Shown here: piece by piece, positions 12,001 to 24,000 of the stretch | How the letters are laid out: each line of letters begins with the position of its first letter | How positions within the stretch are numbered: position 1 is the stretch's first letter | Assembly: GCF_964204645.1 (NCBI RefSeq) | Contig: NC_134025.1 | Coordinates: 10,168,001 to 10,232,000 of the forward strand | Length of the DNA stretch: 64,000 bases | Reading direction: 5' to 3' | Source: Tubulanus polymorphus | Taxonomy: Eukaryota > Animalia > Nemertea | The notes under the pieces: model-generated | Database searches by the model: none | What the model saw: the letters and a program-made list of their open reading frames with translations, nothing else | What the model was told of the DNA's origin: nothing | Translations under genes and position numbers: made by a program

Positions 12001-15000
12001 CAGGCGGTATCGATCAGTCATCTGCTAGTGCGCTACACACCCGACTAGTATTAGGTGACACATGAGTCTGTCCGTCCCCGTCTGCCGTCCTCTATCTCTC
12101 TCTAACGCCGACGATAAACAAACATCGGGATATAGATATATTCATAATATGTAAACTAGAAAACGATTTTTGATTTTTAAAATTTTGGATAATTTTTATA
12201 CTGCTGAGATTTTCGAAATAGCGAGAAGTAACCGGCAACACGATGAAAACGGAGTCAAAAGGTGAGCAGCGTAATATACGTTTCATTCGTGCGTTTAATT
12301 CAATTTATCTTCAGTTCACTCTTTTCGATGTGAGATTCGACTGAATCGAAAACAACTGGTTTTCAATATACTTGTAACTGATTTATATTAATTATCGAAT
12401 CAAGTAAATTCCAAATTTTCAACACTTTTCAACGGCGACTCATTAGAAATCTGATCACAAGAAAAAGGACTGATTATCTGTATGATTTTCCTCTTTTTCT
12501 AACTAAACTCCAATGAATAGAAAAATCGAAAGCCCTTGTGGTGAAATGAATTTTCACGAGTTAATTAATTTTTGGCCTTTTCAATATTAGATACTCATTC
12601 GAAAATTTGATCTTCAGAAAAATGACTGATTATCTTCATTCTTGTCATCTTTTTCGAACTTAAATCGATAATTCTAATGAAACAAAAATCAAACACACTT
12701 TTTTGTAAAATGAATGTTTCATGAATAACGCCAATTAATTTTCGGCCCTTTTATATTCGTCACTTTTCAGCGACGATTTTCCAGCTGTTGGCTTTCGGGA
12801 TTCTAACGATCGCGAGCATCGGCGACGCCTGCCCAATACCGACGTGTAAGTGTAACGTGAAGAAGGACGGTGGCGTCGAAATCGACTGCAGCGGACTGGG
12901 CTTGAAAACCGTTCCGAAATTCAACTCGACCCAGGTCAGAATATCCGAGGATTACTCATCGCTCGTTTTGGATAACAATGATATCACGACGATTACACCT
13001 GGCGCGTTCAGGCAATTCCGCTTGAAACGATTAAGCCTACGCGACAATCCGCTATCGGAGCTGAGCGATGACTCATTCGCCGGCCTCGAGCCGTATTTAC
13101 TCGCGCTGACTTTGAACGTCGATAAAACAAAAACCGTCAAATTCCCGTGGAAGCAAATTCGCAAGTTCCACAAACTCAAAGAGCTACACCTGAAAAATTT
13201 CATCGTGCCGACGCTCTACGCGGCGGGCATGAACGGTACGGCGCTCGAGAAGTTGACGCTAGAATCGTGTCGAATCGACACGATCGAAGACGGCGCATTC
13301 CTCGGCGTTCACGCGTCGTTGCGCGAGCTGAACTTGAAGGCGAACGTGCTCACCGAAATTCCGACGTACGCGATGTGGAAACTGACGAAGCTGCGAAAAA
13401 TCTCGCTCAGCAACAACCGAATCGAAAAATTGGTCGCGTACGTCTTCCTCTATTTGCACGATCTAGCCGAGTTGGATCTCTCGCAAAATCACATCAGCAA
13501 CGTGGCGAGGGAGGCATTCGACGGCCTCGGACACCTAGAATACTTAGGCTTGCACATCAATTTCCTTACGGTCGACAGTTTACACGCGTTGGAATCGCTC
13601 GTTAATCTCGAGCAACTGAATCTAGCTATGAACAATATCGACGCGATACCCGTGGGCGTATTCTCGAAACTGAACAAATTGGCGTATTTGAATTTGCAAG
13701 AAAACGTAATCGGGGAAATATCGAAAAGCCTTCTACACGGTCCGCACAGCCAACTGACCGTTTTGCTACTGTCCGACAACAAAATCAACGAAATTCCGCC
13801 GAAAACCTTTGAAAAGTTCCGATACCTCGAAACGCTGTATCTCGAAGGCAATCCGTTGGGACACGGTTTGTATAACGACAGCTTCCTCGGTCTGGAGAAC
13901 ACGTTGAAATCGCTGTTCCTCGACCGCACAAAGTTCGGCGGCCGATCGTGGACGACGTTGAAAAGCCTGAAACAACTCGTCGTATTGAACCTCTGCGAAA
14001 ACGACATGAAACTATTGCCCGAAAACGCGTTCCAAGGCTTGGAGAATTTGGCCCACTTGTCGCTTTGTTTCAACAACATCGAAGCGATTTCGCAACAGAG
14101 CTTCTACGGACTGGACAAATCGATGAAACACATCGACTTGTCGAATAACCGGATTACGAAGATTCCGCAATGCACGTTCTACCGATTCACCGAGTTGAAC
14201 TCGATCGGTTTGACCGGTAATCCGCTACAGTGCGATTGCCATTTGTCGTGGTTGCGACTTTGGGTGAGCAATCTGAACGAGGCGCAACGTCTCGGCATCG
14301 ACTGGACGTGCAGCGCGCCGTCGATAAACAAGAACAAACTGTTCCGCGAAATCATGCCGTACGATTTCCGCTGCAACCACACCGGTCTGCAACACGACCA
14401 CAACGCGTTGTGCAAGCAGCCGCCGTCGTACAACGCTCAACTGACCGTCAACAACAATCCGGCGCCGTTCCTACCGTCGCTGCCCACGGTGAAGACGATC
14501 GCGTTCAAGTCGATCGGCAAACGCTCGATCTATATCGAGTGGCAGCTGATGAAAACGACGCCGGCGAACATCAACTTCCTGCGCATATACCACCAGGTGA
14601 TCGGCGAGAAGGACTTCACGAAGAGCGTGCCGCTCGATCCGACGACGCGCGACTACGTGCTGACGAATCTACAACCGAACACCGAATACACGATTTGCAT
14701 ACACGTCGACACCGAAAACGGATTCTACCTTCAATGGCCGAATTGTCGGACGGTCCGTACGGCCGGCAAAGAAACTACGAATGTCGCGCGAATCGGCGAC
14801 GGCTCGCCGATCGGCGAACCGAACTTGATCCTGATCGCCGGATGCGCGGCCGGTGGAATACTCGTGTTCATAGTGATCATGACGACGATCATCGTTTGCG
14901 TGCGTCGCCGCCGTACGGAACTCGACACGTCGAAACTGGCGATCGTCACGTCGGAATTGGAGTCGCGTACGACCGACGGCTCGCAGCGATATTCAAAAGG

Positions 15001-18000
15001 CAGTCACAGCAGTTCGGATGTGGCGCGGATCTCCGTACCGTCGCCGCCGTACGTCGTCGAAGACGCATGCAAAAAACGCATATTTGTCAGCGAGGCCGAT
15101 TTGATGAAAGCGGATTTGTTCAGAAATACGACGTTGCCCGTCAGCAACAGTCAGACGGGTTTGAGCGCATCGCAGAGGAGCATACGTTTCGTGCACGACC
15201 CGTTACCGATTCCGCCCGTTCCGCCGCACGGAGTTCGCACGTTGTCAGTTTGCCTCGACAATCTGCGCGGTCAAGCCGGCAGTCGAAGGTCGTTCGACAC
15301 GCGCAGCGAATGCAGCACACATCTTTACGACGAGATTTGCGACAGCAACGAAAGCGCGTACGGCAGTCGGTTCCAGTACAGCCTCGACGACGAAATCGTT
15401 TACTACGACAACGAAGGTCGTATCGAGGACACCGCTTCAATCCATCTCTAAAACCTTACGCCGATTGTACGAGATCCGGCCCGATCATTGGATCATAAGG
15501 AATCAGCAACCAGTCGCCGATTTTTCAGTTGGGGAACTTTTGCAACATGAGTGTACTTAAAATCGTTAAAACTTATCGCGGAGATCAGTCGTAAGCCAAT
15601 CAGACATCTTAAATTTTCACAACCATCGGATCGGATCAGAATGGATCTTATGTGACCTGAGTGTACTTACGACCGATCGTAAGGTCGTAGCCATCAAACA
15701 GCGCCGTACACATCACGTGACTTAAGCGTTCCGTTTAAAATGATTGCGGATCTCGAAGACCAAATTGTAGGCGACCGCAGGAGCGTGACTCGAGTTAAGC
15801 TTAAAATATGGTTTACTATGATAGCGCGGACCAATCGCGATCAAGAAAACTATCAAAAAATCGGTACATATTTCATCTAATTAAGAACAATCGTAATCTA
15901 AACGTTTTTCCGTAATTGAAAGACGTGGATTAAAACGAGCCGATATCATAGGATTATTCCAATCTGGATTATAGAGATTTGACTGTACATGAATCATCTT
16001 AAACCCATCCAAAAAATGAACAGTATTTTTCCGAATATATTGAGTGTTAACAACGGCAATCCATCCGATTTAAAAACTGTATATTTCAACGTTTCAGATT
16101 GTTAATAGTGTTTTCGGCATTCCATCCAACGAACATTTCCAGCCATTTTTAGCGAGTGATTTATTGTATTTTGTATAGAAAAAAAAAGGAACAACCTTCT
16201 ACAACATTCCATAGAATGTGTTTAGCGTGCTTGCAATTAAGAAATAATTTATTTCTCGATCTTTGAGACACTAACTAAAACACTTTTTACTTATTAGTTG
16301 ATATCTTAAAATATTTTCTATGCCATATCTATGTTAATATTTGCTTTGAAAACTAATGCTTTTCATAGTTTTAGTCGAAATTGCCAATATCAAAAGCAGG
16401 CCCTGATAGAATGCCCAATTACACAGTTTCAACTTTAAAGTTTAAACTGGTATTAATATACGTATTTGGCTTGCTTAGAGTTCTATTAATTTTTTGCTAA
16501 CATTCTTTCTAATATTGTTTTATTGTGCATAATTTAATGTATAAGATAGCTACTCATCTATGTTGTAAAGCATCGTGTAACATAAACATTTTAGTTAACG
16601 GTAATCTTAGAATATTTTTCTCGAAATCTATTTCTATTTTTTTGCTAAAATTAGCGATCGAAATGATGGATATTGAAAACATGATATTTCTAAACTAGTC
16701 AAAAGAGGAAAAATTCTAATTTAAAAATTTGAAAAGATAAAATTTTACAGTGTAAATGATAGAAATGTTACATGAATAGTATTCTAAATTCTTTTAAGGA
16801 CAGGTAATAGTACCATACATTGGAGCCGCAATCACACGCAGCGATGATTTGGCCCAAGCCAAATTGGCACCGATTAGGCCTGTGCCTAATTAAAGAGCGC
16901 AAACCACTCACTCGATACCGAACAATGCTTAAACAAAGTGAATTGAGTCATTTCTCAGAACCTGTAGCAATTCACACGCAACGATTTTACCCGCGCAAAA
17001 TTTGGCTCGGGCCAAAAATGCTTGTGCGATCGCGGCATATGTAATAGGCATGTACCCGGTGCCAGAGTTATGGGATACATAACATTTTACCTAATAGTAG
17101 AGTTATTCGATTTCAAATCTTAAACATTAGATCTAAGCAAGGACTGCAGACTGCACGGATATCGATCGTGCTTAGTCCATAAGAATCTAAATGAAATTGT
17201 AAATATGATGTTATTATAATTACTTGTTTTTATATGTTATAAACCCCTGTGATATAGTATTTATCATACTGTATATATTGTTTTGATATTTGATGATACG
17301 AAAATAAACGCGAAATAATATTATATTTAAACAAAATTAGAATCGGTTTTAATCAAGATTTTCGTTTTTTCATCGGTAGTTTCTAAATAGATACGATCTT
17401 CTATGCGGCCAGATAGCCTAAGCAATGCTGACCTGAATGCCGAAGAAAATCTATCCATGGTAACAAATATACACATTGTATAACTACATCAATTATCTTG
17501 AATACAAATTGTTGACATTGTGCGCAAGTAAATACACGGAACAAGTTTCATTGGCAAGGAATTGTAGGTACCTAGCTTAGGGGTGAACTGGGGTTAACAA
17601 GAATCCTATTGATTGACATCAAAGAAATGTTACCAAGGGAAATTGAATCCCACGCACACAAAAATTATTTTCAATTTTATACCATTGAATATGATTCTAA
17701 AAAGACAACATTTTTTATAATTACAATAAGAAAAAAGTTTTCATGTCTGGGGCTGCTTTATACCTCATACAAAATACAAAAACCAAATATCAAGACCATA
17801 GACCTACAGCAAAGTGTTTAAAAACCTCCCAGGAAAACTAGAAGTAAACACAATAGCCCGCTGGGTCTAAACTTCCAAGTGGGCTAAAGATACAAATGGC
17901 TAAGTATACAAATCTATGGTTTATGGTACAACCAGTACAACAAGTTTATGGTACCACACCTAACATACTCAAGTTTTGATGTCTTTAGTGTCAAGTTTAT

Positions 18001-21000
18001 CCTGAGCTTATTGGTTTAAATCCCACTGCATCCAGCAGATGAAAAAGAGAGGGCAGATTTGAGCAGCTTGAGCAGTAATAGGCAGGGCGGATATGGGGGG
18101 CTTGGGTGCTAATAGGTTAATACAGAAACAGTGTGGGTACTTTAAACATCCTTGGATGGGTTCTTTGCTAGTTGTCAATATTCTCGCTCTTGATAATTCA
18201 CGCGTATTGATGCTAATACATTTTTACCAGGCAGTGCGATCACCGAACTCAAACGTAGGGAACAGACAATAAGATAAAAACCCATTGTTTGAAAAAATAA
18301 ATTCTCGATTTTAAAATTCTTTTAATTTTTACATAGTGGGTTTTTATCTTATTTTTACCAGGCATTGGAATCTTTGAAGCGGTAATACAGTAGACTTACC
18401 TCGCTATAATAAGGCAATGCGTTATCAATAGGAAGACTGAAACCGTACGGACTGGCGGCTGTGAAGTTTATTCGATCGAAAAGAGCTTCGATGACTTCGA
18501 TTACGCCAACGGTCAAATCAACGCTCAACGTCGTATGCGATGAGGACGACTTCTGATTACACTCTAGTGATAACGGTTTACCAACGCAACTAAAACACAA
18601 ATTACAAATACATTTCAGCATAACCAATTAACAATATCTACATGCCGAGAAAGAAACGCTCATATCACGGCAGGACCTTCCTACTAGTGCCAGTTGCTCA
18701 AAAGTATGTTAAAGGTAACTGGTGGATAAATACCATAGCGACAATGAACTTGCAACGGTCACTATGTCAACTATCCACTGGTTAACTCTGGCCGATTTTT
18801 GAGCAAATGACCCCTGGTTACTTTCAAAATCGAAATGCAATGCAGTTCCCTAAGTTAGTTAAATGAATAGTTATAGAATTCACGAGCAGATGTCAGCACC
18901 TACCAATAATGTCACTAGATTCGAAACACTGAATTGAGTCGACAATTATAACACACCCATACCCTTACAACATTTATTAGCAGGGGCATCGGAAAGTAAT
19001 CTACAACAGTGTGGGCAGTTCTTAATCGTTAATGTAACAATGTTACATCGTTTTAAGACAAACTTTGATGCCAATAACAGAAAATCTTTACCAAAATTTG
19101 GATCATTTTGTGCTGGATACAGAGAGCTCATTTGGTCTCAGTAAGTTCGTTCTCATTATGTGAGATATGAGACTTCAATGCAATTGAATTTAGTTAAGAT
19201 TGAATAGGGAAGGTCTTTTAATTATTGATAAGACATACCAGAGGTGATCATGAGGACAGGCTTGTGAAAACTGTTCTCGTAGCGACGCGACATCAGCGGC
19301 CATTCCTCCGAGCGTAATTCTGGAGGTTTCGTCGAAGAATTTCCGCGACATATTCGATAGTTTCGTTTGTGACGATACTTCGGGATCGATTCCGTCCGAC
19401 GGTGTCGTCGGCGGATCCTCGTGTAGAACAGTCAACGAGAAGAACGCGAGTTTCACTTTGTACCTCGTCAATTCAGCAGCGGGATCGTCCAGCAGTCGTT
19501 GTAGCGGATCTTAAAATAAAAGCCATGAATTCGTTGAAATTTAAACTCCAATATGATATGTGAATCATTAAGCGTAAAAGACAAATTGTACTTTGAAGGA
19601 TAACAAGATTTATTTGAAGTACCGGTACGAGCTTTTGATACTAGAACACAGTTGCATCATCAGGTAAACAACCGTCACTCATTACCAGGTGAAGCTGCTA
19701 CACAGTAGTAGCGATAACTTGTACTTCAAATGAATCTATAGTCAAACTTCAAAGTACAATTTGTCCTTACGCTTACTGAGTCTACACCAGGTTCACCCTT
19801 TCAGTGTGTTTACACCGCAGTGTGGTGTATAAATCGGTGATAGACTTTGCTAGTATATTGCATCGTGGTGTAGTAACATTAGTTATAGTATACATTCCTT
19901 ATACAGGCAAAACATTGGCTGCAAGTGCTTATGTAAAAGGTTAAGTGCAACAGGACCCAGTTCCACAGTCAACCATAAAATTAGCTGTAGACTAGTTCAT
20001 TTTCAATTATCAAAATCTCCAGTAAAATTCTAACCCAGGCACTATATTTACAGTCACATACAGAGGTAGGGTTAAATAATGTTTTCAAATGTTTCAGTCA
20101 TTTACTACCAGGTTTTTTTAGTTTCCTAGTTTTTAATCTAATCTAAAGATGTTGTACACTAGATAACTTCGATACTGAGTCCATGAATCTGGGCCGGTGG
20201 CTGTGGAACAGGCTCCTGGCTTAAGCCCACATTATAAAACTGATACAATAAAAAACTTCAGGGGATTTGTTTCTTACCTCGAGGTTTATTCGACGGTAGA
20301 TTCCGCGCTGCTTTGGGTATAGCTGCTTGAAAAGGGGAATCAGGTTTAAAATGATACCCCACACCATAGTTGTACTGTAAACCTTCGATAAGTAATGACA
20401 ATAGAATGAAGTTTAAGTTTTAGTAAAACGAGCAATGATTCCCAAAAGAACAATAAGTTTAACCCAATGAAATCAACTTATGCCTATTTCCAGTAAATCA
20501 GTATCATTTGATTAGGGAATGAGGCGAATTTTTATAAGCATGCATGCAATATGTCAATGCAAATATAATACCCCAGGTAATAGACGTGTCATACTCACTA
20601 GATGCAGAACTGGAAGATCTAAACGTGCTGTTACTGCACTGACTCGATCGGGACGATTCCATATCTGTGAGCCCTGTGTTGCTGGCGCTCATCGAAAAAT
20701 ATAAATACTCTTCGTCATAATTATCTACAGAACAGAAGAATATTGATTACATATTGTTAGGCGCATAGAATGTGGTATTTCTGCGATTCATTATGTATTA
20801 TTGTAACAGAAGAACTAAAATAAGCTGAAGAACTGTGTTTCTTAACCTCTCAAATACCGCCGCAACCACTGACCATATCAGCAGTAGCTTTTAACCCTTT
20901 CAGTGCGTCTACACCGCAGTGCGGTGTACAAATCAGTGATGGATTTTGCTAGTACACCGCACTGCGGTTTATTGATTTAATTAGTAATTACTAATTATCT

Positions 21001-24000
21001 CTATTGAAAGATGGCAGCACCAGTCAAACATAGTGAAATATCAGTAACTAACGATACACCGCACCGCGGTGTAGACGCACTATAGTGGTATTCCCGTTAT
21101 TCGACACACTAGGGTGGAACTTTTTAGAATTTTCAAATTATCTTCAGCACTATAGGGTATTAATTAATTAATTAAATAGATCAGTCAAACATCCTATCTA
21201 CCAACCCAGAAGCATATACTCAGGTTATCAACGCCCATTATCGAACAAAATCCCACAAAAGCTCTGGTCCAGACGAGTTACAGCTATTTGGTAGTCAAGA
21301 GGTGAAACTAACTATGTATGAACTAACTAATCAGATACAAGAAACTACTGTTAAGAACCATCTTTATGCCATATTAGTAGTAAATCAAAAGGTTATTAAG
21401 AATACGAGAAGGACTGAAACAAATGGTTCCTAATACCTCTGCGTTTATTCGTAGTGGGCAGCTGGTGTGGCAGAACTGCAGCATCTAGAATCAGGAGTTC
21501 CATAGAAAAACGTATAACACACATAGCACATTAACTAACAGTGCTCACATAGAAATAAATGAATAACACAACTATTCAAACAAAACTATTTCATTACAAA
21601 CTATTCAGCCTAATTGAGTCAACCGATCATGCTGCAAAATTTCCCATCTCTGACATAAATAGAACCCAGCGTGTAAATGGTTCAAAACTTTACTCAATAC
21701 TTGTAGATATTCAGTCATGCAACATCAAGAAATAATTCCCACACAAAGTTCTGAAATTGTACAAACCTTGATTTGAAATGGGAGTATTCGACCATTGACC
21801 AGACGCAAATTTCGATACTGTACTGAGAAATGATTCGGGTTCTTCAGAAGCGGATAGATGACGCTGCAATTCCTGTTCGACCCGATGATAGTCGTCCGGC
21901 AGCATCGGTTTATTCGTGCTACCACGAGGTTTCACATTGGAATTATCACATGTTCCTAGAAAAGTCAGGAAGGGAGAATGAAATGGAAAAATTTATGATA
22001 CTACCACAACAAAATAAACAATTAGGCTTCATTGGTCCAAGGGCATGTTTTGCAAAAATACTGATGAAACCTAGTGAAGCAAACTGCCAGACGCAAAGTC
22101 CACAGTTGCCACTTAACAGTTAACTGATTTCCAACTTGGAAATAATTTCCATTTGTCTACCGGGTAAACTCAAATTTGAACTTAACTTTGACTAACAATC
22201 AGTGGTTTACCCGTAGCAGAAAAATACAGACCTGGTGATGAAAGCCCATTGGCAAGATCGAGTAAAATGTGCACTTTTTTCGGAGATAGAAAAGCGTTGA
22301 AGGCACCCAGGTGACAATCGATTTCCAGCTGAAAACGAATCAAAATCATTCAAATTTCAGGGCTCATCATCATCACTGTGAACTATAAATTGTACCGTAG
22401 TTCGATCATAATATACCTTTGGACCGGGCAACGAATCTTTCTGCTTCAGTTTGAGTTTCAGTTCCTGGCGGCCCGATAAAGTCGCTACTTTAATCGGATC
22501 TTCGTCTTTTTGTTGGGCCTGCGGTGAACTGGACAGCGCCGGCTGTTGAGACACAACCGGTGGAGATAGCTGCAATTACAAGTGCGATTTAATCATCAGC
22601 AACAGGCTGAAAATGAACCTATAACAAAATGTCACTGCAAAGGGGATATATTAGAAATTATGCTGCGTTTACATCACATCCTAACATTTTTCCACAGTAG
22701 TGCAATCTATCATAAGCCTTTTTGTAGATTATGTCGTGAATTCATTCTGATTGGAATGTCAAATTTTTCAATCAGGTAAGTATTAGGTTTAAGCCTATGA
22801 ATGAAACTTAAGTCCGACGAATGGGTGAAAATATGGGGCACCATTAGGTTTTACGATACCGGTACCTGTGAAGTTATTTCGAAAAAAACAATTTCATATT
22901 TCGTTATCGAACTATGGACACTAAAACCGAAACTGCCAAAACCTAACGTAAGCCAATCATGAATAATGGAAATACCACTTAGGTTAAAATTTAACTGATA
23001 CTTAAGACCTAGGCTAGGTTGCACAGTCGTGACTTGAGCCAAAAAGTTGTCTTAAATCTTGGTCTTAAGTCGTTAGATTGTTAGATAGCCTTAGACTGAG
23101 CCATGACTATGCAACTGACCCCAGAGTGTTTTAATAACTAATCAACGTCTTACTTTAGTCGGTGATTGTGACGATGAACTGGACGATGTTTTCGAGAATG
23201 TGCGATGAGATTCGGGAAACTGATCACAGTAGAACGTCACTCCCATCAGGTGAAAGTTCTTGTGTTGTACGGCGGCCGGTTCATAAATACTCCTACTATT
23301 CGTCGATGCCTGATCGACGGAACTGCCTTGATCAGCGGCCAAATCATCGAAATAGTCAAACCTAGAATGAAACGAGTATCAGTTTTACCACTATAATTGC
23401 AAGCAGGTTTAAGGAACAGATTATAAAAGTACCACTGTCGACTTAAAGACCTATTTTGCAGGGGTGGTTTTTCCCGATTCAATAGCATGGAAACAAACAT
23501 TCAATAGTTACTATCAGAATCAAATCAAACTATGGACTGGTGTGCCTTAAAACACATGGGCTCCTAATTTTTGATGTAAATTTCTTTTTTTTCAGAAGTA
23601 TATAGAATTCATTAATCTAAGCTCTTGTAGGCATTTCCACAATTTTGTCGAACATGCATATTACATATATTCTGGATATACCTTTTAATTCGAATCTCTA
23701 ACGCTACACCGAGAGCGCTGTCTTTAGGTAGATGTTCTACTCTTATCACTGTATCGACAAACGTCAGTTTGATGCGAGACAACACTGCAAAAATGCAAAA
23801 CGACATACAGATCATTTTTAATCGATGAAAAACCCAATCTGAACTTAGGCTATCCGAACGGAAATCACGTCTCAATTGTGGGTTACCGGTACACGCGAAT
23901 CAAACGATCATTATCCTTCACCTATCTAATATGAACCCACGGAGGCATATAGGCCTATGCATAATTGATATTTCAATTCATTGAATTGAAATTCTTGGTA

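Noticed and set aside
12952-15440. Numerous antisense ORFs over the LRR CDS (likewise over the UGT CDSs)
   Set aside because: Codon-bias shadows with no splice or domain support.
14230-15498. 422-aa alternative-frame ORF overlapping the LRR gene
   Set aside because: Arg-rich, domainless and without an ATG start; the expected shadow of CG-rich codon usage in the real frame.
20895-21080. Repeated palindromes superficially like a CRISPR array
   Set aside because: Eukaryotic context, irregular spacing, and part of a dispersed MITE.
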